Shown: positions 24,793 through 36,363 of the stretch, one piece after another | Layout: every line of letters begins with the position of its first letter | Position numbering within the stretch: position 1 is the stretch's first letter | Assembly: GCF_032444005.1 (NCBI RefSeq) | Contig: NC_091288.1 | Location: forward strand, 12,772,001 to 12,836,000 | Length of the DNA stretch: 64,000 nucleotides | Reading direction: 5' to 3' | Source: Ranitomeya imitator | Lineage: Eukaryota | Position numbers and translations under genes: made by a program | Notes under the pieces: model-generated | What the model saw: only the letters and a program-made list of their open reading frames with translations | Databases searched by the model: none | Told to the model about the DNA's origin: nothing

Positions 24793-27700
24793 CGGATTGC
24801 ACTCGTCCGTTTTTCTCGCAAGTGGGTATGAGCCCTAAGTCTCACAATAGGAGAAAATTAGGGGAGCGAATCCAGGAGAAAATATTTTAAGGATGGGATC
24901 ATTGTGCAGCAATTATCAGCCCCATCGGCTACTTGTTCTTACTAATTCTGTGATTTTTTTTTTTATAATCCTTTCATAAGTTCAGATTTTCCTTTTCTTA
25001 CCTAATATTCACTTACCGCCTTTTGCTGGAGACTCTGGACCGTTCCTGAAACGCAAAATCTGAATATTAGTTTAAATAATATATATTCCAAGACATCTAC
25101 TATGTAATTGTCTAAGGATCACTTCCGTCTTTCTGTCTGTCACGGATATTCATTGGTCGCGGCCTCTGTCTGTCATGGAAATCCAAGTTGCTGATTGGTC
25201 TCGCCAGCTGCCTGTCATGGCTGCCGCGACCAATCAGCGACGGCCACAGTCCGATTAGTCCCTCCCTACTCCCTTGCAGTCAGTGACCGGCGCCAGCTCT
25301 ATACTCTCCGCAGTCAGCGCCTACTCCATACTCCCCACAGTCAGTGCTCACACAGGGTTAATGCCAGCGGTAACGGACCGCGTTATGCCGCGGGTAACTC
25401 CGTTACCTCCACTATTAACCCTGTGTGACCAAGTTTTTACGATTGATGCCGCCTATGCAGAGATGCATTGCGAAATTACCCAGAAGACTTAGTGGTCTCG
25501 CGAGACCACTTAGTGATCTGGGTAATTTCGCAATGCATCCTGAGAACGCAAGATGGCGGCAGCCGCGCGCGCATTGCCAGAGGTTTGCTGGATTTACGCT
25601 GGATCCCGCCAGTGGGTGAGTATATATAACTGTTTATTTTAATTATTTTTTTTAACAGGGATATGGTGCCCACACTGCTAAATACTACGTGGGCAGTGTT
25701 AGATACTGCGTGGCTGCTATATACTACGTGGCCACTTAGATACTATGTGGGCTGTGTTATATACTACGTGGGCTGTGTTATATACTATGTGGGCTGTGCT
25801 ATATATTACGTGGCCAGTGTTACATACTACGTGGGCTGTGTTATATACTGCGTGGCTGCTATATACAGTGTGAGCTGTGTTATATACTACGTGGGCTGTG
25901 TTATATACTGCGTGGCTGCTATATACAGTGTGGGCTGTGTTATTTACTGCGTGGCCTATATTAACGCATTGGGTATTCTACAATATGTATGTATATAGCA
26001 GCCATATGGTATATACCACAGGCCACATAGTACTCCTATATACTACGTGGCCTGTGCTATGTACTATGTGGCTGCTATATACATACCTACATACATATTC
26101 TAGAATACCCGATGCATTAGAATTGGGCCACCATCTAGTACCTTAAATAAAAGCCCCTAATCGATCTCCCCCATAGATAAAAATGTAATTGGGACCAACA
26201 TGTTGCGGATTTTAGCATTTGATTTGCGCAGATAAAATCCGGCATGCAATAAGATTCCTGCATGTGGATTAGATTTTCGCTCGGCGTGTGAATTTATGTT
26301 GCAGATTTTATTCCTTTTAACTTAAGCAATGGATAAATCTGCGGAGAATGCGCACGGTACTTGTGGGAAGTTTATGGCCTATTTTGCTAGAGATCTGCTG
26401 TGTATAATAATTATATAATTTCGGTATTTTTAATAATATCTAAAGTGAGAGCAGAGTCATCTTTCTGAGCTCTGCTTGCGGCTGTTACTTGTCTGTGGCT
26501 CCTTCCAGCAGGGTGCGGTAGGCGTGGATCTCATTCTCCAGCTTGGATTTTAGGTTCAGGAGCGCGTCGTAGTCCCTGACTTGCCGCTCGATGTCAGAAC
26601 GACAGGCGGCCAGCTCGTCCTGGAGGCGCGTCAGGAGGCGATTCAGCTCCGTCAGGTTGGATCCGTAGTGATTCTCTGTGTCCTTCAAGACGTGATCTAA
26701 AGAGTCCACCTGGGAATGAAGCAAAATGAAGGGGAGTCATGGGGCAGACGGCATCCTGTAAACCAAAATGGCGCAATTTGTATGTGAATTTTATGCCAAA
26801 GCGACAAGTAACAACACTTAAACATTTTCCACTCTCTTCAGTGCATCCTAAATCCCACACTCGAGGGTCCTCCTCACCGTTTTTTGGAGGGTCTGACGTT
26901 CCATCTCTAAAGCCTGTAGCTGGCGCCGGAGGTCGGCCGCCTCTGTCTTGGCTTGGTCCAGCGCCTTTGTGTTCGCGCTTGTCTCCTTGGAAAGGGAATC
27001 AAACTGCGGCAAAGAAGAAGAACTTTAAGGCCATGTTCACATGTTGCATTTTTTGCTGCCTTTTTATGCCAATTTTAAGCCGTTTTACAGTACCAGAAAA
27101 AGCAATGAAAGTTCAGGAATCAAATGCACAAATATTGATTTCTTTTCCTTCATGATTTGGAAAAACTGCTGCGTTTTTGCAAACTGCAGCTTGTCGTCAC
27201 TTCTTTAAGCGTTTTTGAAGCATTTTTTCACCCATAAAAAGTAATGGGTAAGTGCAAAAAACGCAGCAAAAAAATGCAGGTATCAGGGTTTGCAATGAAA
27301 AAGAAAAAATAATCTTCAGCATGGATCTTCTAAAAAGTCAATTTATTGAAAACACTTTAAAATGCAAACATTTGCAAAAAAAAAAAAAGAAAGGATGGGG
27401 GTCCCAGGTGGTCAACGCCGACGCGTTTCGACCATCAGGTCTTAGTCATGGCATGATAATGGAACCACATATTAACATTTTATACAACACAGAACCAGGT
27501 TCTGGACTACGCCCTTGACCAAGGCGGCTCCGTGCATGGACATCATTGCACTGTTGAGGGATTGGTGAGCTGACTTATTTTCTTCCCATTTTTTTCCTTT
27601 TTCCCTATTTTGGTATCAGGGTTTGGCGCAAGGAAGTTGCATCATGATTTTCTTTGGGGAGGAACTAAACTACATCAGCATGCACAAGAGACAACAAAAA

Positions 27701-30700
27701 GCAGCAAAACCTGTTTTTTGTGAGCAGTTTCTTTATTGGCAAGAGAGCAGTAAAGAAAAAAAACGCAACGTGTGAACATAGCCTAATTGTAAACTCATCG
27801 TCCAGTTATATCCTGATGAGAGCGAAGTTCCAGAAACCACAGAGGGAGTAACTGGGGCTTCATCGCCCTGCGGAGACCCTGGATCACACCCTCCAGTCTA
27901 ATCTGCAGCTACAAAGTCCTCATTTGATAAAGGAGCAAAACTGATACACTGTATTATGCCAATTGCTATTTTCTCTGTGCCTCTCCCCTTCTTTTTTAGC
28001 CTGGAGTGCTTAGACAGCAGAATAACACGACAACATAATCACAACATAATGGTTCATAAAGTGGAACCTCAAATTGAGGGTATGTGCACACCTCCGGATT
28101 TTTAGCGTTTTTTTTTTTTGCGGAATTTAGCCATAAAAACGCTATAAATCTGCTAAAAAAAGCTAACATTATGCATCCTATCATTTATAATGCATTCCGC
28201 ATTTTTTGTGCATATGTTAGCGTTTTTTTCCGCAAAAAAAACTCATACCGCAAAAAATCCGGACATGCTCTATCTTTTTGCGGATTTTCTGCGGATTTCC
28301 TATCAAAATGGACATTCCGGAAAAATCCGCAAAAAATCCGCGCAAAAAAAGCGTCAAACGCGCAAATTTCGCAAGAAATCCGCGCAAAAAAAGCACGCGG
28401 ATTTCTGGCAGAATTCTCTGGATTTTGTCAGGAAAAAATCCTGACGTGTGCACATACCCTAAAAGGGCTGATAATACTCTTTTAAACTCTGGGATTTTGG
28501 CACCCAATTTGCAGAAGGTTCACTTAACTGTGTGGCCAAACAAAATTACTAGAAGCCCCTCTCTTCCAGATATGAGTGGTCCCAGCACTTAGGCCGCCAC
28601 ATATGTCTCAAAAATGTGGCATCAGGAGATAATTAAAAGTGAGCTACCCCATTAAGAATAATACATTATTTAATATTATACTACATTGTTACAATGACTC
28701 CATTTGTGCGTTATAGATATATACTGGGCAAATTTGATTTGACTTGTATTTTTTGCTCTTGCCTTGTTCTGATAAGCGTTCTCCGCATCTGCCCGGTTCT
28801 GCTCGGCCATTTTCTCATACTGGCTGCGGATTTGAGCGATGCTTTCGTTCAGGTCTGGTTTTTTTGGTGCGTCCACTTCAACCCTTACATCATTAGTGGC
28901 TATGAGCGCCTGCATGGCCGCCACTTCCTGTAAAATAGAAAAGGAAGATACGATCACTAGATGGCGGAACTAATATCCGTGTCTAATAAATGAAAGCTGC
29001 ACTCGGAAGCGCTATAATATGTAAACACTGAATATATGAGACTGGAACTGCATCACTGCTGTAGAAAACCTGCATCATAGAGCTTGATGCTGCCTGTCCT
29101 TATCACTGTAGGCTTACAGCCCGGGAGAGGCATCATGTTAGGTTTAGGGTCCCAACAAAGAGGTACACCTTGACGCTGTTGTTGGGCACAAATAAATTGG
29201 CCAATTTGTGCACTAAGCACCTTCATTATTTAACATGCTTTCTACAGCAATAATGCGATTTCATATATTCAATGTTTACATATAACATTTCAGAGCGCAG
29301 CTGCAATTTGTTATATAGAGCGGCTCTTCGCTCGCTCCTGTTCAATCTTGTCTTTTTCTGTTTGTCAGCAAAATGGTGACAGATTTCATACGTCAACCAG
29401 CAGAATTCTGAATGCAGCTTTGGATGTGATTGGAGTGTAAGAGAAGATGTACAATGTACATGATGAAGCCGAGTGTTTACAAAGTTACTCAACTTCTGTA
29501 TGTAATCTGTGAGCAGAAAGCCCCACACTGCTACATAATGTCAGATGAAAGAAAACCAAACATACAGAATATACAGGGCCGATCCCGGATGAGGAGCGCA
29601 CCCGCTAGATAAATATGACAACTCTGTACACAGAAGGGGAGGATTTCTCATCAAGTGACATTACTGAACTGAGATAAATAATAATGAGGAGACAGAATCA
29701 GATAAGTATTATATTTGTAATATATTGTACCTAGGAGCAGTATTATAGTAGTTATATTCTTGTACATAGGAGCAGTATTATAGTAGTTATATTCTTGTAC
29801 ATAGGAGCAGTATTATAGTAGTTATATTCTTGTACATAGGAGCAGTATTATAGTAGTTATATTCTCGTACATAGGAGCAGTATTATAGTAGTTATATTCT
29901 CGTACATAATAGCAGTATTATAGTAGTTATATTCTTGTACATAGGGGCAGTATTATAGTAGTTATATTCTCGTACATAGGAGCAGTATTATAGTAGTTAT
30001 ATTCTTGTACATAGGAGCAGTATTATAGTAGTTATATTCTTGTACATAGGAGCAGTATTATAGTAGTTATATTCTTGTATATAGAGGCAGTATTATAGTA
30101 GTTATATTCTTGTACATAGGAGCAGTATTATAGTAGTTATATTGTACATAGGGGGCAGTATTATAGTAGTTATATTCTTGTACATAGGGGCAGTATTATA
30201 GTAGTTATATTCTTGTACATAGGAGCAGTATTATAGTAGTTATATTGTACATAGGGGGCAGTATTATAGTAGTTATATTCTTGTACATAGGGGCAGTATT
30301 ATAGTAGTTACATTCTTGTACATAGGGGCAGTATTATAGTAGTTATATTCTTGTACATAGGGGGCAGTATTATCGTAGTTATATTCTTGTATATAGGAGC
30401 AGTATTATAGTAGTTATACTCTTGTACATAGTAGTATTATAGTAGTTATATTCTTGTACATAGGGCAGTATTATAGTAGTTATATTCTTGTACATAGGGG
30501 CAGTATTATAGTAGTTATATTCTTGTACATAGGGGCAGTATTATAGTAGTTATATTCTTGTACATAGGGGGCAGTATTATAGTAGTTATATTCTTGTACA
30601 TAGGAGCAGTATTATAGTAGTTATATTGTACATAGGAGCAGTATTATAGTAGTTATATTCTTGTACATAGGGGCAGTATTATAGTAGTTATATTCTTGTA

Positions 30701-33700
30701 CATAGGGGCAGTATTATAGTAGTTATATTCTTGTACATAGGGGCAGTATTATAGTAGTTATATTCTTGTACATAGGGGGCAGTATTATAGTAGTTATATT
30801 CTTGTACATAGGAGCAGTATTATAGTAGTTATATTGTACATAGGGGCAGTATTATAGTAGTTATACTCTTGTACATAGGGGCAGTATTATAGTAGTTATA
30901 TTCTTGTACATAGGGGCAGTATTATAGTAGTTATATTCTTGTACATAGGAGCAGTATTATAGTAGTTATATTGTACATAGGGGGCAGTATTATAGTAGTT
31001 ATATTCTTGTACATAGGGGGCAGTATTATAGTAGTTATATTCTTGTACATAGGGGAGCAGTATTATAGCAGTTGTATTCTTATACGTAGGCTATCTACAG
31101 CATGCACTCACCTCCTTGTGATCCCTATGTAGATGAGCCAGCTCTTCTCTCAGATTCTCTACCTCAGACTCGAGTTTCATCCTCAGGAAGTTGGTGTCAT
31201 CTATCATCTTGCGCAGTCCCTGGGTGTCCTTGTGCACCCCATCACAGATGACCTGTTCTGCTTCCAGCCTGCAGACACCATTATTAATAACAGTGCGTTG
31301 TGGTCACACATATTACATTTCATGTATAAATGTCATGTTTCTGTTAGTTGAGGAACTTCATAGCATAGAGTCTTTATTGCTGGGGACCCTGCACCAACTA
31401 ATATGTAACAGAAGGTGAGAACACGTCTCCTGAAATACTTTGTGCTGCTGAGCGTAGTGCAAACGATTAGAAACAGGAGGAGTTTTACGTCTTGTTTGAT
31501 GACGATTATTTCTTAGACTTCATATGAAGATGTCACATTTCCGGTCTCTGACGTGAACTCGAAGTGTAGTAGAGATGAGTGAACTTGTTCGGAAATCTTT
31601 CGCCAACATCAAAGTCGGCACGAACGTTACTCATTCAGATTCATGTTCGGATTCCCGAGTAGAGATGAGCGAATTTGCTCAAGTTCCCTCTTATTCGGCA
31701 AGCTATAACCCTTGCCGAATAAGCTGCGGAGGAAACCCGGCTTCCTGGACTGCGCCGGCCGATCAGCTTATCGGCGCCGCAGCTGCATGTGTCGTGGCTG
31801 TGTCACAGTCGCAGCACATGCATGGAGAACCGTTTTTTACATTATTTAATTAAAAAAAAAAACTGCAAGGGGACCCCTCTATTCTTGATAACCAGCCTTG
31901 CCAAAGCTGACAGCTAAGGGTTGCAGCTGTTAGTTTTGCCTGGCTGGTTATTAAAAATATAGAGGAGCCCACTCCATACTCCCATCAGCCGCCGCCTGCC
32001 CTCACTGTTATTAGTGACAGCAGGCATAGGCTGATGGCGTCAGGTGATGGGAATACTACTCCCAGTGACTGGAGGTAAACCTTTTACTCTGATCACAGCT
32101 GCAGGCTCATGTTGTCATCTGACAGCATGGGATACTTAGCTCTGACCAGCGGTAATGATTTTACCACCGATCAGAGTCAGTGTTTGTCGCGCTGTCATGC
32201 ACACTGAATGTTCGGGCCCGCATTCAATTAAATGGGATTCGGGTACCCGAACCAAACTTTTTGTGAACTGGTCGAATTCCTCGAACCCGAATATCCAGAG
32301 GTTCGCTCATCTCTACCTAGGACATTAGCAGTTACTCACTTAACTTTGAAGTCGTCCGCTGCCAGCCTGGCATTGTCAATTTGCAGCAGGAGTTTGGCGT
32401 TGTCCATATTCAGATCTTCCACCTTCAAGAAGAACCCAGAAAGTGAAAATTGAAGGAAGTGATCCTTATTAGATCTGCTATAAAATCCTGATGATTGGGC
32501 TCTGATATCTGGCGATCCCCCTTCCTATGTGGTGATATCTTTACTCCTAAATGGTGGCATCACATGGGCACTGTGTAGAGCGATTGTTGCATTGTTTGGG
32601 TACTGTATACGTGATATTATTGCACTTTTTTTTTTCTCTTTAGTGTTTTACTGATATTGAGAGTATGGGGTGTTTTTACTTTAGCACCATATGGCATGGT
32701 GTTGCGAGTAGGGTATGGTCGTATTTTGGAGCTCCAGGAGGGTATTGCTTGAATGCCATATGCATTGTTTAGTAGTATTATTTAAGCAAACGTATTTGGA
32801 ACAATATTTTCTGTGGGCACGATGTAGTTATCTGGACTATGACAGTATTGTTTGGGCTCTGTATCACGCTATTTGTGACTTTTATGGCAATATTATTTTC
32901 TCACTATATAGCAGTATTAATTGTGTATGTCAGTGTCATTTGGGTTCTATAGGGTGCTGTAATGCGCTATTATAGGAACCCTGTATGGTGGTATTAATGT
33001 GTAACTAGTATTTGTACAATATATGGTAAGATCATTTATACCGTATATCATGACATTATTTGAGCCCTGTTTGGTGGTATTAATGCACAGTATGTGGTAA
33101 TATTATTTGGGCACTGTTTAGATGTATTAATACATTATATTACTAGTGTTTCCACAATATCTGGTGCTATTACTTATTCTGTATGTCGTTACATAATTTT
33201 GGCACTGTATGGCGGTATTAATGCACTGTATTAGTATTTGCATAGTGTATGGTGATATTTTGGGGGATGGTGGATGAACCACAGACGGATGCTCATATCA
33301 CGCTGGTATTTTGCATTTTCTTCTGCTATCAGAGTACAGACAACTGCACATTGTGAGCGCACGGAGCACAATGCCGGTAATGTCTGACAGCGGGCAGAAC
33401 CAGGGATAACTGTGCACAGCAGAAGAGCAGGACGAGATCTGATAGGATCCATCAGTGCAAACCCACAGACAAGAGGATGGTGGTTGTGATCATTGCACCG
33501 ATCCCTATTATGTATCATGATCTGTTCCTGCATTTACAGAAACCAATTATCTCTGGGAAAGTAACTTATTAGACACAGTTTGGACCATGAGGTGACACCG
33601 AGGAGGACCCTGGGCAAGGACCTCATAAGGGCAGTCTGATAGCCCCTCATAATGCACAATTCCACCTGCTTTGGAGACCGACGTGGCCCCCTGACCTCTA

Positions 33701-34304
33701 GGGCCCCTGTGCGGCTGCAGAAGTTGCATCCTGATCACTGATCTCCCACGATTGTACACAACTGGGGAAGCTGCAGTCACATTTGTGTTCTGCGCCTCGG
33801 GGCATCAGGAGGGCACTATGGTCCATGTGATTACACCGCTGATACATGGCGCTCACGGACACCGTGGGCATTGGCTGGTATTTGCCACCATTTGACTGTC
33901 TCCCCCTAATTTTCATGGGGTCTCACCTGCTTTCGCAGCTGTTGCAGAGGTGCCTGGCGAGTCTCCCAGTCTCGAGGCGCCGGGTTCTTCCTGGCAGAGA
34001 TGTCCTCAATCTCATCTTGCAGTTTTCGGTTTTCTTCCTCCAGACCCCGGACGCGTTGGAGGTAACCGGCGAGACGTTCGTTCAGCTCCTGCATCACCTC
34101 TTGATGGTTGTTCTGCAGCAAAGTGTCCAACCCGGAGCGAAGCGAAGGAAGCGAAGACTCCATGGCCGACTTCATTGATTGGAGATCCAAGCCAGAACGC
34201 AATGACTGCAACCTGGAGGGCGACATCCTGAAATCCCCCGACCCCATCTGGCTTGAGGAGCTGCTGCGCCAACTTGGGGCTCCGGAAGACATTTGGAAAG
34301 ACAT
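22970..34304 (-). CDS. Type I keratin, K18-like, complete 8-exon CDS, 416 aa
   Basis: Exons (minus) 34304-33927, 32422-32340, 31268-31112, 28927-28763, 27003-26878, 26709-26489, 25045-25017, 23061-22970; sum 1251 nt, no frameshift. Rod motifs [51 protein letters not shown]; tail TIQKV...IVDGKVVS. Exon sizes 83/157/165/126/221 fit the type I keratin pattern; DDTN, VEVDAPK and the 165-nt exon 4 are K18-like. Confidence 0.93.
24363..24838. mobile_element. PIF/Harbinger-type MITE
   Basis: TTA-CGGCTCATACCCACTTGCGAG...CTCGCAAGTGGGTATGAGCCC-TAA. Confidence 0.8.
25017..25045 (-). CDS. Type I keratin exon 7, 29-nt micro-exon ([10 protein letters not shown])
   Basis: TTTCAG acceptor and GTAAGT donor; 29 nt is the phase-2 to phase-1 bridge needed to put exon 8 in frame. 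Confidence 0.8.
25096..26138 (+). mobile_element. Non-autonomous Helitron, both ends intact
   Basis: Inserted in A|T; 5' TCTACTAT; 3' subterminal hairpin CCCGATGCATTAGAATTGGG followed by CTAG; internal short TATACTACGTGG repeats. Confidence 0.8.
26489..26709 (-). CDS. Type I keratin exon 6 (coil 2 end, ...[20 protein letters not shown])
   Basis: 221 nt, CAG acceptor, donor AA|GTAACA. Confidence 0.93.
26878..27003 (-). CDS. Type I keratin exon 5 ([19 protein letters not shown]...TLQKT)
   Basis: 126 nt, CAG/GTGAGG boundaries, heptad pattern. Confidence 0.92.
27026..27786. mobile_element. PIF/Harbinger-type MITE with nested Penelope-like fragment
   Basis: TAA-GGCCATGTTCACATGTTGC...GCAACGTGTGAACATAGCC-TAA (TAA TSD); unrelated insert ~27380-27600 holds a hammerhead-like motif. 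Confidence 0.75.
28075..28462. mobile_element. PIF/Harbinger-type MITE
   Basis: TGA-GGGTATGTGCACAC...GTGTGCACATACCC-TAA. Confidence 0.8.
28763..28927 (-). CDS. Type I keratin exon 4 (EVAAMQ...[11 protein letters not shown]...AYQNK), GC donor
   Basis: 165 nt; acceptor TACAG; donor AAG|GCAAGA (GC-AG intron). Confidence 0.9.
29723..31086. repeat. 35-bp minisatellite, ~39 copies, type I keratin intron 3
   Basis: Reverse complement of the 14477-15600 unit (AGTATTATAGTAGTTATATTCTTGTACATAGGGGC). Confidence 0.98.
31112..31268 (-). CDS. Type I keratin exon 3 ([26 protein letters not shown]...RDHKE)
   Basis: 157 nt, CAG/GTGAGT boundaries. Confidence 0.94.
31570..32315. mobile_element. Non-autonomous DNA transposon (hAT-like termini)
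   Basis: TAGAGATGAGTGAAC...GTTCGCTCATCTCTA inverted termini; a second left terminus at 31660; no clear TSD. Confidence 0.55.
32340..32422 (-). CDS. Type I keratin exon 2 ([28 protein letters not shown])
   Basis: 83 nt, AG/GTGAGT boundaries. Confidence 0.95.
32560..33260. repeat. Degenerate AT-rich tandem repeat, type I keratin intron 1
   Basis: Recurring TATTATTTGGGCACTGTATGGTGGTATTAAT-like units; reverse-complement relative of 45800-46620. Confidence 0.6.
33927..34304 (-). CDS. Type I keratin exon 1 (head + coil 1A)
   Basis: ATG at 34304; MSFQMSSG...[26 protein letters not shown]...LRKQ; donor GTGAGA. Confidence 0.93.
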
Positions 34305-34736
34305 GAAGGAGATAGGACGTAGGAAATAAATGGAGTGGTTAAGTTAGGGTCCTCCTGAGGGGTTCAGGTGCTCAGTGATGGTGTCGTGAGCCTTGGGGGG
34401 CTGCAGAAGGAGCAGAGCTGGGGTTGTATGGAGACTCTGTGCAGGACTGATCACAGGTGAGGCAGGTGAGCGCATATACCAGGATGTGCAGTAATATTAA
34501 TGAGGGGGAGGCGCAGACCGTGCAACACAACTCCCCGTGTGCTGGAATCTGTAGCTTCACATTGGTGCAGGGCGACCGGCCACGTAACCCGTCTGTCCCC
34601 ATTTCCTAAACTTTCACCCCCTGGTATCTAGAATGTTTGTAAATTCTGCGTCAAGTTTTCTTCTTTTGATTTTTTTTTTTTTTTTTTTATACTCCCAAGT
34701 CGTGTTTAAGGAACAATGGAAAGATCTTCCATCCTA

Positions 34737-34966
34737 TTAACCCATTACTTTCCAAATTAGAAATTTTCATTTTACGGATTTTTCAGAAAAGGGCGTCCCA
34801 ATATTCAATTCAAAATGACAATGACATGATTTCCTATTTTGAAAACATTCATTTTACAAACATAACACAAAAAATTGGACCTAATCAAAAAAATTATAAA
34901 ATCTTAGTTGCTAGAAGCAAAAGATTAGGCGTCCCGAAAAAAGGACATTGGTAGATAATGGGTTAA
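34737..34966. mobile_element. piggyBac-type MITE in the inter-keratin promoter region
   Basis: TTAA-CCCATTA...TAATGGG-TTAA, 230 bp. Confidence 0.7.
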
Positions 34967-35424
34967 GAGGGTCATCATGGTAGAAAATAAACCAAGGGTC
35001 TATATAGCCCTCAGGAGCTGCTGGATGTGTATGATGGGTCAGATTTTGCCATCGTCCTTCCCTTTACTCCTGGAGGTGATTTCCTGATTTTCTTTTTTCC
35101 TTTTCCATTTTTTATTTTATTTCTTCTTTTTCCTTCTCCTTCCCACTTCATTTAATTTTTGCACATTTGTTAGATGGAATATATGTGAGTGTTTTTCCAG
35201 ATCTCCAAACAGACATAATAAAAGGGGACATTGAAACATTCAGTAACTTCGGCGACTGCGGAGGGGAACTACAAGTTACAGCCTGACCAGACTTGACTGT
35301 CTTTCTTTAATAGTCTATTTTGGAAATTGCTTTTATATATCCACCCCTTATCATGTATCAACTCCAACATTGAGGATCGGCCAAGAGTTTTGATAAAAAG
35401 GAGCACATTTTTTTATATGTCAAC

Positions 35425-35462
35425 TTTAATAATAATAATAATAATAATAATAATTATAATAC
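35425..35462. repeat. (AAT)n microsatellite
   Basis: Direct read. Confidence 0.9.
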
Positions 35463-36075
35463 TTTTTTATTTGAGCAAATTGCACCCAAATATATTAAAA
35501 AGGAGCATCCATTTTTCTTTTATCCATTTTTTTTTTCATGTGGCGACTGTTCTGAATTAAGAAATTGAAATCTAAAAGTTTTTTGACTAATCCTTGTTCA
35601 GTAAACCGTGCTCACTATTCCAGCCATTTGCACAATTTACAACTTTTTTACAACTTTAATTTTTGTGCAATTTGCAACATTTGAGGCTTAATTTTTTACA
35701 AATCTATTTAATAAATATGGGACAAAGTGTTCCTCAGACCCTATAATATATTATTACCGTGGGACCACCTTTCTTGTAGGAAGCGATAGGTGGTGGTTCC
35801 AGTGTCCATGTGCTAGTTATTGGTGGTCTCCGTTCACCGTGGGTCACAGTGGCGGGGAATGGAGGGAGCATTTGCTGATTAGGTGGTGACATCTAGGGAA
35901 GGGTGTGGATTGGAGCCACGATCCGCCCTGATCTCTGGAAGAGGAAGGTTCATTCTAATAATGTGTCAATAAACCAGAAGGAAAAACCAGCAGGTCCCAT
36001 GTGATGCTGCTTAGTGTTATTTCCACTCTTCGCTGCCTGCACCAAGTCCGCCATTTCTCCCGACCACAGGGCACC

Positions 36076-36363
36076 ATGAGTCAATACAACAACCGCTATG
36101 GCGCCACCCGGGGGTTCAGCAGTAGATCCCACGGCTCGCTGTCAGGGCGCCCCGCCATATTCCGGGCAAGCACCGGCTACCAGCCTGGAATGCAGCGAAC
36201 CATCAGTGGCCTGAACCTCTCCCGGGTTACACCGGGGTCCAGCACTTTCCTGCTCTCTTCTCTCCCCACCCTGGAGGTGGACCCCAAACTGCACCAGATG
36301 AGGAACGAGGAGAAGGAGCAGATCAAGGGGCTCAACAATCAGTTCGTCAACTTCATAGACAAG
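36076..36363 (+). CDS. Type II keratin exon 1 (head + start of coil 1A)
   Basis: GCACCATG; MSQYNNRYG...[18 protein letters not shown]; donor GTAAAG. Confidence 0.93.

Larger units (their letters stand above)
34305..36075. promoter_or_regulatory. Divergent (bidirectional) promoter/5' UTR region shared by the two keratin genes
   Basis: 1771 nt between outward-pointing ATGs; three CAGGTG E2-boxes at 34365, 34454, 34463; TATA-like CAATAAA at 35968-35974. TSSs not determinable. Confidence 0.65.

Noticed and set aside
27813-27840. CTGATGA...GAAA hammerhead-like spacing
   Set aside because: No convincing stem II closure, stem III/UH or stem I.
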